Positions 38,000 through 46,251 of a stretch of 64,000 nucleotides of DNA are shown here, piece after piece. This DNA comes from an uncultured Phocaeicola sp. (lineage in GTDB: Bacteria; Bacteroidota; Bacteroidia; Bacteroidales; Bacteroidaceae), in contig CANPVZ010000011.1 of assembly GCA_947581855.1 (NCBI GenBank), positions 11,918-75,917 of the forward strand, written 5' to 3'. Each line of letters starts with the position of its first letter. Position 1 is the stretch's first letter. The notes below the pieces were generated by a model. That model saw nothing but the letters and a program-made list of their open reading frames with translations, had not been told where the DNA came from and ran no database searches. The position numbers and the translations under genes are program-made.

Positions 38000-39469
38000 T
38001 TATTGTTTGATAGTCTTGTTTAAAATTCTTTTTATAGCGTCAGAATCAAGAGCTTGTAGTTGTTTAATTAAGGTTTCTTCATCTGTGAATTTTGTCTCAA
38101 AGACTTGTTTCATTGTAGCATCTTGACTTGTTGTGTCAAACTTGGAAAGATAAGATTCCGTTATTTTTAGAGAAGAATGCCCTAAAGCCTTTGAAATATC
38201 GTACACGTTAACTTTCTTCTGCCTGGCAATGTTTGCAAATGAATGCCGAGCTATGTGCATACTTATTTTTTTTGTAATGCCTGCCATTACTGCCATTTTG
38301 TTCAAATACTTATTTAGCAGACTGTTTTTGCTATTGACCTGTTGAAGAAGATGCTTTTTTACTTCATGTGGTAGCCGTTCCTTATCTTCCCATGTGATAG
38401 CTTTCGCATAGTTTGCCTTATTATCTAATAGCGGAAATACATAATCAGATGTTCGGTTTTGTAAATCTATGTACTTGGTTATTATTTCCAAAGCTTCAGG
38501 AAGAAGGAGTATCTCTTTTACAGTTGCTGTTTTATCCATACGGTAACTAATACGCCAGTCTCCACGCTCATATAGAATGTTTGTTCCTCTTAACTGAATT
38601 AGATCACCGGCTCTCATTCCAGCACAATAAAACGCTAGCAGGAAGCAGTTGCGAGAATGCCATATTAAGCTGTTTTCTTCTAAATCCAAATTTTTCAATC
38701 GTTCTATTTCTTCCCACGTTAGCTTTTCTTTATTGGTATCAATCGTTTCACACTCGAAATCGTCGAAAGGGTTATCTTTAATTGATAGTCCTTTTTCTCT
38801 GAGTTCTATTCTGCCTTTATTGTAGAGGCTTTTAAAATTGTCAAACTGTTTGCTTATAGTGTTCTGATGCAAGGTTAGTTCAGCGTTTTTTGAGTTTGGG
38901 ATTCTCTTAAGATAGGCTTTGAATTTATTTAAAAAAGACAAAGTGATTTCGTTGAAAAGTAAATCCTTTTTAAGTTTACTCAAATATATTTCTAATTCCT
39001 TTCCATTTCGAGGGATAGTAAGGATGCTTTTGGGGGGTACTCCATTGATGAAGAATTTTAATTTATTCAGAAGAGTGATATATTTTGTATATGTCCGGTA
39101 CTCTCCTGATTCATAGGTGTTCTTTGCAAATTCTTCTGCGAAGGTAATAAATGAAAATACATTTGATTCTGCATTAATTCCAGATATAACCTTTTCAGAC
39201 GTAACTGCTCCATTGCTGGCAAGTTCTTCGTAAATTTCCTTTGCCTTCTCTATGGTTTTAGATAATGTTTGGTTCCATACTTTAGAATTAGGTTCGGATG
39301 GTCTTATCCAATTATCTCCTTTGGGGGTTGGATTCCAATCAGACCTTCTGGTTATTTCAACTGGCGTTTTGAATTTCTTTCTTTTTCCGTTTACTGTCAC
39401 ACGGAGAAAAACAGTATACTTGCCATTTCTTGAAGGTTTGTCATTAAGCTCAAATCTGTATGTTGCCAT
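38000..39469 (-). CDS. Site-specific tyrosine integrase (Arm-DNA-binding + SAM-like + catalytic)
   Basis: VFLRVTVNGKRK arm domain; catalytic GMR.GD, K, HIARHSFA, LGHSS, Y; ATG at 39469 behind -7 box TATATTTG (39498-39491). Confidence 0.95.
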   Translation of the reverse strand: MATYRFELNDKPSRNGKYTVFLRVTVNGKRKKFKTPVEITRRSDWNPTPKGDNWIRPSEPNSKVWNQTLSKTIEKAKEIYEELASNGAVTSEKVISGINAESNVFSFITFAEEFAKNTYESGEYRTYTKYITLLNKLKFFINGVPPKSILTIPRNGKELEIYLSKLKKDLLFNEITLSFLNKFKAYLKRIPNSKNAELTLHQNTISKQFDNFKSLYNKGRIELREKGLSIKDNPFDDFECETIDTNKEKLTWEEIERLKNLDLEENSLIWHSRNCFLLAFYCAGMRAGDLIQLRGTNILYERGDWRISYRMDKTATVKEILLLPEALEIITKYIDLQNRTSDYVFPLLDNKANYAKAITWEDKERLPHEVKKHLLQQVNSKNSLLNKYLNKMAVMAGITKKISMHIARHSFANIARQKKVNVYDISKALGHSSLKITESYLSKFDTTSQDATMKQVFETKFTDEETLIKQLQALDSDAIKRILNKTIKQ

Positions 39470-39510
39470 AGCTTCCAGTTTTATGTATGGCAAATATAGC
39501 GATATTTGAT

Positions 39511-39533
39511 TTTACGGGCAAGTTTACGGGCAA
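39511..39533 (+). repeat. Tandem TTTACGGGCAA, candidate integrase arm-binding sites (right)
   Basis: Two copies at 39511 and 39523; core matches the left-end pair. Confidence 0.75.
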
Positions 39534-39648
39534 TTATTTGTTATTCTATTATATTGTATTACCTTTGTGCTATGTTGAGTGAATAGGTATTTTATTGAAT
39601 ATCAGTGAGAACAAGATTACTTATAAAGTAATAGAATGTAATATTATT

Positions 39649-39665
39649 AGTCCCGCTCCGAGTAC
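39649..39665 (+). repeat. attR core (duplicate of tRNA-Leu 3' end)
   Basis: AGTCCCGCTCCGAGTAC identical to 27367-27383. Confidence 0.93.
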
Positions 39666-39667
39666 AG

Positions 39668-39716
39668 AAGAAAACGCTAATTGCTTTATTTATTAAGTAG
39701 TTAGCGTTTTCTTTTT
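39668..39716 (+). terminator. Hairpin/terminator right of attR
   Basis: AAGAAAACGCTAA...TTAGCGTTTTCTT plus T-run. Confidence 0.65.
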
Positions 39717-39769
39717 ATAGTGGCTGCACAACATTTGCACAACTTGTTTTGGATTTAAAAAAAGCCATG

Positions 39770-40156
39770 GAATGAAATCCTGGCTTATGATAGTTATGCA
39801 GATATGAAATCTGTTATAAGAGAAACCAATACAGGTATCAACATCGATTTCGTATGTATATATGGAAAAGTTGAAAATAGGTAAATCTTCAAAGATATGG
39901 TACTGATAATTGGAGAGTTTGGCAATGGAGCAACACTCAAAAGGGTTACTGGCACATCTCCAACAGTTGGATATTAACCCGATACATTTTTAATCAACAC
40001 CTCCTCAAGGTAGGATATCTCTTTATGACCAAACTGTATAGCCAATTGCATCATACTTAAAGAACCGCTACGTGCCGAACAGCATGTGTGGTGGTGTGAG
40101 AGGTCGGAAAACGAAAGAAGGATGGAAACTGTTACTTCGTTTTACTCCTACTCGAT
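39770..40156 (+). pseudogene. Decayed 3' fragment of a class C group II intron (maturase C-terminus + domains V/VI)
   Basis: YADMKS..RET, RFRMYIWKS*K, WQWSNTQKGYWHISNSWIL...GY ending TAA 40060; then GAACCGC...GTGGTGTGAGAGG (DV, CGC triad) and CCTACTCGAT 3' end at 40156. Confidence 0.82.
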
Positions 40157-40318
40157 TATTCTTTTTTTCGGATATTACCGCCTGAAGTTTACCGATTTGA
40201 ACTTTTGCTGATAAAAGCGTGCCGTATTTACGTAAAAATGGTTATGTTTGCACTCGATACGATAGTGCGACAAATAGGTGAACTTACTTATCCTAGTACT
40301 TCTAATATTCCGATTTAA

Positions 40319-40837
40319 ATGGGGCATGTTGCATTTTTAGAGAAAGAGTTTGAGGAATTGTTTAAGGTAAACTATTCCCGGCTTTTTTATTGTGCTTATG
40401 ATATAACGGGAAATGCAGAAGTTTCGAAAGATATTGTAGGGGATGTTTTCGGGGAAGCTTGGGGACAATATGTCAGACTGAGGGAAGAGAAGGCAGATGC
40501 GTATTTATACCGTTCGGTACGTAACCGGAGTATCGATTATCTTCGGCATAAGTCTATTGAACAGCAATACCAGCAGTTCTTTCTGCAAATGGAATTGGAA
40601 TGGAGAGAGGAGAATGTGGAAGATCTGGAAGAGGATATTGTTTATATGCGGAAGATTCTTGCTACTTTTTCTTCTCAGACACGTTTGATTTTTGAGCAAT
40701 GTTATTTCAAGGGACTGAAGTATAGAGAGGTGGCTGAAGCAATGAATTTGAGTGAAGCTGCCATTCATAAACATATGGTGAAAGCTTTTGCCATTTTACG
40801 TAGGGAATTTAAGAAAAAGGCTGTAAAAGGTAACTGA
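40319..40837 (+). CDS. ECF sigma-70 factor (Bacteroides expansion family)
   Basis: FEELFKVNY..L, YLYRSVRNRSIDYLRH, GLKYREVAEAMNLS. Confidence 0.9.
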   Translation: MGHVAFLEKEFEELFKVNYSRLFYCAYDITGNAEVSKDIVGDVFGEAWGQYVRLREEKADAYLYRSVRNRSIDYLRHKSIEQQYQQFFLQMELEWREENVEDLEEDIVYMRKILATFSSQTRLIFEQCYFKGLKYREVAEAMNLSEAAIHKHMVKAFAILRREFKKKAVKGN

Positions 40838-40866
40838 TTAGGTAGTTGATACGTTATTTATATAAC

Positions 40867-42015
40867 ATGGACGAAACAGATCTAAAAGAACAGCAGAGGG
40901 AGTATGATTTTACTTCTATATTGAATCATCCGGAGAATTATTCGGAGGAGGAGCTTCGTGAGTTTTTTTCTCGACCGGAAAACAAGACAGATTATCGTTT
41001 ATATCGTTTAGCTCAGATGACGGCAAACAGAGAGTATACCGCTTCTCCAGATGTGGATCGGGCTTGGAATATGTTTAAGCGGAATACAATATCTTCCGTA
41101 AAGTCCTCTGAGAAAAAAACACGTTGGCATGTATGGGGAGCCGCCTTGGCTGGAGCGGCGGCTGTATGTGTCGGTTTGCTTATATATCATTATGCTTTTC
41201 TGACTTCTATTGTGAGGGAACCGTCTTTGGTTGCTATGGAGTATGATGAGCGTCCTCAGGTAGTTGTTTTGGAAAGCGAAGGTGAACAATTGCACTCTTT
41301 TGTCAGAAAAGATTCTATTTCTTTCTTTTCTCCGTCGGAAACTGATAAAGCTCCTGTTATAGACAAGAAGGTAAAGATGAGAACTTTATCCACTCCAAGA
41401 GGCGTCGACTTTAAGGTAACATTGCCTGATGGTACGGATGTCTGGCTAAATGCTGAAAGCAGCTTACAATTTCCTACGGCTTTTACAAAAGATTCACGTA
41501 AAGTCATTCTAACGGGGGAGGCTTATTTTAAAGTGGCTCACAACAAAGAGTGTCCTTTTGTGGTGGAGACCGACAAGATGAAAGTACGTGTGCTGGGAAC
41601 AGAGTTCAATTTCCGTAATTATGCATCAGAAAAAACTCAAGTATCATTGATTGATGGTTCCATTTCCATTTTACCTTCAAGCAATTCGGATTCTGATATT
41701 ATTTTGAAGCCTGGTCAGGGAGCATGCGTGGAAGAAGATGGACATATCCGTGTTCTGCAGGAAGTGGATACTTATGGTATCACACAGTGGGTAAATGGTT
41801 ATTTTTATTTTCAGAATCAACCTCTTATTGAGATTTTGCAAGACTTAGCCCGTTGGTATAATGTAGGGGTGGTGTTTGAAAATTCGGCATGTGCGAACGA
41901 TAAAATGCATTTTAGTGCATTGCGTAGCGCAAGTCTCGCACAGGCTGTTGATAATTTGAACTGTTTACAGAAGGTGCGGATCGCTTTGGAAGACAATAAG
42001 TTGATTGTGAGATAA
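40867..42015 (+). CDS. FecR-family anti-sigma factor
   Basis: TM, LPDGTDVWLNAESSL, GEAYFKVAHN, VLGTEFN, LARWYNV; ATG at 40867. Confidence 0.92.
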   Translation: MDETDLKEQQREYDFTSILNHPENYSEEELREFFSRPENKTDYRLYRLAQMTANREYTASPDVDRAWNMFKRNTISSVKSSEKKTRWHVWGAALAGAAAVCVGLLIYHYAFLTSIVREPSLVAMEYDERPQVVVLESEGEQLHSFVRKDSISFFSPSETDKAPVIDKKVKMRTLSTPRGVDFKVTLPDGTDVWLNAESSLQFPTAFTKDSRKVILTGEAYFKVAHNKECPFVVETDKMKVRVLGTEFNFRNYASEKTQVSLIDGSISILPSSNSDSDIILKPGQGACVEEDGHIRVLQEVDTYGITQWVNGYFYFQNQPLIEILQDLARWYNVGVVFENSACANDKMHFSALRSASLAQAVDNLNCLQKVRIALEDNKLIVR

Positions 42016-42106
42016 GAGCAGTCTGGTCCTGATTTTCTCATCGTATTGGTAGATAAGTCGGGATTTATATCTAAATTTGCGGCAATAATAAAAAAAGTAA
42101 GATCAT

Positions 42107-42952
42107 ATGAACCGACGTATAATAGCTTGTTTTTTCATATTTCTGATGTTATCGGCGAATGTATATCCGGCGCCATTGTCAGATGGAGAGATAGGAACAA
42201 AACACTATGCTGTTTTGGAAAACAGTCAGTGGAGAGGAAAAAAAGTAGCTTTCTTAGGAGATTCCATCACGGACAAAAAAAGAGTGGGCACTACCAAATG
42301 TTATTGGGAATATTTAGCAGAATGGTTGCATTTTACACCATGTGTATATGGACTCAACGGAAACCGGATGGATGGAATCCTGAAGCAGGCGAAGCGTTTG
42401 CTGGAGGAAAAAGGTGACAGTATTGATGCTATCTTCATTTTTGCTGGAACCAATGATTATAACGGAGGAGTTCCATTGGGAGAATGGTATGCTGAGAGTG
42501 AACGGGAGACGGAAGTGAAAGGAGGACTGACAGAATGTCGTAAGTATAGGGAACCAGTATTGAATGATTCCACCTTTCGGGGGCGGATTAACCTTGTGAT
42601 GGACTTTCTGAAAACAAACTATCCTGAAAAACAGATTATTATGTTGACTCCTATTCACCGGGCGAGAGCTCGTTTCAGCGGGAATAATATACAGCCTGAA
42701 GAATTATTTCCCAATAAAATAGGTCTGTATGTAGATGAATATGTGAAAGCTGTGAAGGAAACGGCTAATGTTTGGGCGATTCCGGTAATTGATTTGAATA
42801 GTATCTGTGGATTGTATCCTTTGAATGATTCTCATGTGCGTTACTTCCATGATGGGAATACGGACCGCTTGCATCCTAATGCGAAAGGGCATGAACGTAT
42901 GGCTAGAGCGCTGGCATATCAGTTACTTGCTTTCCCTTCGTCGTTTGAATAA
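42107..42952 (+). CDS. SGNH/GDSL hydrolase (secreted esterase)
   Basis: Signal peptide, FLGDSIT, FAGTNDY, DRLHPNAKGH. Confidence 0.92.
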   Translation: MNRRIIACFFIFLMLSANVYPAPLSDGEIGTKHYAVLENSQWRGKKVAFLGDSITDKKRVGTTKCYWEYLAEWLHFTPCVYGLNGNRMDGILKQAKRLLEEKGDSIDAIFIFAGTNDYNGGVPLGEWYAESERETEVKGGLTECRKYREPVLNDSTFRGRINLVMDFLKTNYPEKQIIMLTPIHRARARFSGNNIQPEELFPNKIGLYVDEYVKAVKETANVWAIPVIDLNSICGLYPLNDSHVRYFHDGNTDRLHPNAKGHERMARALAYQLLAFPSSFE

Positions 42953-43069
42953 ATATTTTGTGATGGTTCTGGATAAGATTCCAATTCCCGGTACATTTCT
43001 TACAGAAGCGTAGCCCTGTTAAAGGACTTGCAAATTCGAACTTGAAGGAAGCCTTTTACACTATTGTGT

Positions 43070-43560
43070 GTATGTAGTTCGACAACTTTATGGGGCTATC
43101 CGAAAAGCCAGGGCTTATAAAGGAAACAATGTCATTAACGTACATTGGAAGACGAATCCATCATGATGGACAATGTGGTGGTGACGGCATTGGGTATCAA
43201 ACGCGAGAAAAAAGGATTGTTTTTTTCTATTCAAACGGTTAGTGAAGACGATATTACAAAGAGCATGCCTTCTAACTGGTTGTTGGCGTTGCAAGGTGAA
43301 GTGGCGGGTCTGAATGTGATTTCGGCCGGTGTCCTTTTATCCTCAACTAAAATCTCTCTTCGTGGGGACATTTCGAGAGATATGAAACGTTGGCGTACGG
43401 AAACGATAGAAGATTTGCAAGAGCTAGTGGATTCGCTGAGAAAAAGCGTGAAGTCATCGGCATGACTTTAGGCAATCTGATGTTCGACAATATGACATTG
43501 TATGATGAGTATCAAACCTCTTTGAGGAATATGGGTATACCTATGTTCCGGTTCATGCCG
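43070..43560 (+). pseudogene. Remnant of a SusC-like gene N-terminus fused to unrelated decayed coding sequence
   Basis: VVVTALGIKREKK...LQGEVAGLNV....ISLRG plug-start motif then loss of similarity; no signal peptide; boundaries approximate. Confidence 0.7.
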
Positions 43561-43587
43561 CATCTGTGGTATAATATTGTTCGCTCT

Positions 43588-43686
43588 TGTGTCACAACCG
43601 TGCCAATAGGTATGTCACGTTTATGCCAAGCCGTATGTCACAACTGTGCCAAACTATATGTCACATCTATGCCAACGGCGTGGCAC
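43588..43686. repeat. Four 23-bp tandem units T(A/G)TGTCAC-N5-TGCCAA-N4 plus partial fifth
   Basis: TGTCAC at 43590, 43613, 43636, 43659 and TGCCAA at 43601, 43624, 43647, 43670; TGGCAC at 43681. Confidence 0.85.
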
Positions 43687-43875
43687 TACTCTTTGCAATA
43701 TACACATCTATTTCATAGAAGCAGTCAAAGCATTTGTTGTTGCCTGTAAAGTACTTGTCTTTTTTCTCCTAAACAGACAGGAATACTGTCTTTTCTTGCA
43801 CAGTTTTTCCCTTTTTGAGCAAATAAATAGTTGTAGATTGAACTGTTTCAAAAAAATGGACTATCTTTGCGCCCC

Positions 43876-44058
43876 GATTGGTTTCTCTTACTGAATGGAA
43901 TAAATGGTGAAGAGAATGAAAAGGGAATCAGGTGTAAATCCTGAACAGTCCCGCTGCTGTGAAGCTTTGTTATGTTCTGAAAAACACTTTTGCCACTGCT
44001 GTCGTTTATGATGTCGGGAAGGCTTCAGAATAGAAGCGAGTCAGAATACCTGCCAATC
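43876..44058 (+). promoter_or_regulatory. Cobalamin (B12) riboswitch
   Basis: AAAAGGGAATCAGGTGTAAATCCTGAACAGTCCCGCTGCTGT, GCCACTG, GGGAAGGC, AGTCAGAATACCTGCC; P1 GATTGG/CCAATC; -7 box TATCTTTG at 43862. Confidence 0.93.
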
Positions 44059-44200
44059 TTTTTACAAACCCTGTTTATCCTCGTGGGTTAGGAGGCAGTC
44101 GGTATATTAACCTTAAATAAATGATAAGTAATGAAGGAAGTGCCTTGATCGGAATCAGGGTGCGTCCGGTTGTTGTGCAACTTTTTAAATGAGATAAAAG

Positions 44201-45715
44201 ATGATAAAGAAAGTTTTGATTGCAAATCGAGGAGAGATCGCTGTACGCGTAATGCGTTCGTGCCGCGAAATGGGCATACGCACCGTAGCTGTTTTCTCGG
44301 AGGTCGACAGAACTGCCCGCCATGTATTATATGCCGATGAAGCATGTTTGATAGGGCCAGCAGCATCGAAAGAAAGTTATTTAAATATAGAGAAAATAAT
44401 TGCTGCGGCTAAGATGCATCAGGCCGATGCTATCCATCCGGGGTATGGTTTCCTTTCGGAGAATTCCACTTTTGCACGTCGCTGTAAAGAGGAGGGAATT
44501 ATTTTTATCGGACCGTCTCCTGAGACGATGGACCGGATGGGTGATAAGATTTCGGCCCGTAAGTGTATGAAAGCTGCCGGGGTGCCGGTGGTACCTGGTA
44601 CGGAAAAAGGATTACAAAGCGTGGAAGAAGCGATTGGAATTTCTTGCCAGATAGGCTTCCCTGTTATGCTGAAAGCCTCTATGGGAGGCGGTGGTAAGGG
44701 TATTCGTCTTGTATGTTCGGAAGAAGAAGTGAAAGAGGCTTATTTGAATGCGAAATCCGAGTCGCTCTCTTCGTTTGGTGATGATACGGTATATATTGAG
44801 AAGTTTGTAGAAGAACCTCATCATATCGAATTTCAAATATTGGGTGATATGTATGGAAATGTCATTCATCTCTGTGAACGCGAATGTTCCGTACAGCGCC
44901 GTAATCAGAAAATTGTCGAAGAAAGTCCTTCTCCGTTTGTTACACCCGAATTGAGGGCAAAAATGGGAGAAGCGGCGGTAGCGGCTGCCAAAGCGGTAAA
45001 TTACATAGGTGCCGGAACCATAGAGTTCTTGGTCGACAAACACCGTAATTTCTATTTTCTGGAGATGAATACTCGTTTACAGGTAGAACATCCTATTACA
45101 GAAGAGGTCTTAGGGGTGGATTTGGTGAAGGAACAAATCAATGTGGCAAACGGTTTCCCGTTACGTTTGAAACAAGAGGATATCAAACAGCGCGGGCATG
45201 CCATAGAGTGCCGTATTTGTGCCGAAGATACCGAATTTAACTTTATGCCATCGCCGGGAATCATCCGCCAGCTTATTGAGCCCAATGGCATTGGCGTACG
45301 TATCGATAGTTATGTATACGAAGGGTATGAGATTCCAGTGCATTACGACCCTATGATCGGTAAGCTGATTGTGTGGGCTGTAACCCGCGAATACGCCATT
45401 GAACGAATGTGCCGCGTGCTTCACGAATATAAGATAACAGGAGTGAAGAATAATATCAGCTATCTTCGGGCCATTATGGGTACGCCTGATTTTGTACAAG
45501 GCAAATACGATACGGGATTTATTGCAAAGAATGGGGAAAATCTGCAAAAACGTCTTTCCCAGAGCAATACTGAAACCGAAAATATAGCGTTGATAGCTTC
45601 TTATATCGATTATTTGATGAATTTGGAAGAAAACAAACCCAATGGTGAAACGGATAACCGTCCAATTAGTCGTTGGAGAGCGTTTGGGCTGCATAAGGGA
45701 GTATTGAGAATTTAA
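44201..45715 (+). CDS. accC: Biotin carboxylase subunit of acyl-CoA (propionyl/acetyl-CoA) carboxylase
   Basis: KVLIANRGEIA, HPGYGFLSEN, GGGGKG, ERECSVQRR, EMNTRLQVEH. Confidence 0.9.
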   Translation: MIKKVLIANRGEIAVRVMRSCREMGIRTVAVFSEVDRTARHVLYADEACLIGPAASKESYLNIEKIIAAAKMHQADAIHPGYGFLSENSTFARRCKEEGIIFIGPSPETMDRMGDKISARKCMKAAGVPVVPGTEKGLQSVEEAIGISCQIGFPVMLKASMGGGGKGIRLVCSEEEVKEAYLNAKSESLSSFGDDTVYIEKFVEEPHHIEFQILGDMYGNVIHLCERECSVQRRNQKIVEESPSPFVTPELRAKMGEAAVAAAKAVNYIGAGTIEFLVDKHRNFYFLEMNTRLQVEHPITEEVLGVDLVKEQINVANGFPLRLKQEDIKQRGHAIECRICAEDTEFNFMPSPGIIRQLIEPNGIGVRIDSYVYEGYEIPVHYDPMIGKLIVWAVTREYAIERMCRVLHEYKITGVKNNISYLRAIMGTPDFVQGKYDTGFIAKNGENLQKRLSQSNTETENIALIASYIDYLMNLEENKPNGETDNRPISRWRAFGLHKGVLRI

Positions 45716-45731
45716 TAAGCAATGATCGAGT

Positions 45732-46247
45732 ATGGAAATACATATAGGTAATAGAGTAGCCGAAGTGGAACTGCTCAGTAAAGACGGAAACACCGTTTGC
45801 CTTACTATTGATGGTAAGGAATACGAAGTGGATGTGACAATGGTGGAACGTGGCTCTTGTTCCATATTGCATGACGGAAAGTCGTATAATGCGGAATTGA
45901 TTCGTTCGGAAAATGGAAAGAGTTATAAAGTAAATACACATTATTCTTCTTATAACGTGGATATTATTGATTCCAGCGCTAAATATCTCCGTTTAAAGAA
46001 GAATGGAGATGAACGTCAGGATGATAAAATCATTTCGCCGATGCCGGGCAAGATTGTGGAGGTTCCTGTGAAAACAGGCGACCGAGTTTCGGCCGGAGAT
46101 ACGGTGGTGGTGATTGAGGCCATGAAGATGCAAAGTAATTACAAAGTGACTTCTGATTGTGTGATAAAAGAAATATTAGTCAATCCCGGCGATACGGTAA
46201 ACACCGACCAAGTGTTGGTATTGTTGGATTTAGATGTAAAAGAATAA
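45732..46247 (+). CDS. Biotin carboxyl carrier protein
   Basis: SPMPG...EAMKM biotinylation motif. Confidence 0.93.
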   Translation: MEIHIGNRVAEVELLSKDGNTVCLTIDGKEYEVDVTMVERGSCSILHDGKSYNAELIRSENGKSYKVNTHYSSYNVDIIDSSAKYLRLKKNGDERQDDKIISPMPGKIVEVPVKTGDRVSAGDTVVVIEAMKMQSNYKVTSDCVIKEILVNPGDTVNTDQVLVLLDLDVKE

Positions 46248-46251
46248 ACGG

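Larger units (their letters stand above)
27367..39665. mobile_element. ~12.3 kb tRNA-Leu-integrated replicative element (phage-satellite/PICI-like)
   Basis: Identical 17-bp AGTCCCGCTCCGAGTAC at 27367-27383 and 39649-39665, tyrosine integrase next to the right repeat, excisionase, primase/helicase module, no structural or conjugation genes recognised. Confidence 0.92.

Noticed and set aside
27367-39665. Element as a complete prophage or conjugative/mobilizable transposon
   Set aside because: No recognisable capsid, terminase, tail, lysis, relaxase or tra genes within the att boundaries
43588-43686. Repeat array as a CRISPR
   Set aside because: Period is 23 bp with only 4-5 nt variable gaps, far too short for spacers, and there are no cas genes in the window
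43390-43894. ORFs 43390-43749 and 43646-43894 as real genes
   Set aside because: They cross the 23-bp repeat array and the riboswitch promoter; only the first part may be a decayed gene fragment
45161-45865. Long antisense ORFs (e.g. 234 aa here; also 48959-49504, 50038-50631, 7216-7776)
   Set aside because: Shadow frames opposite well-supported genes with no recognisable motifs
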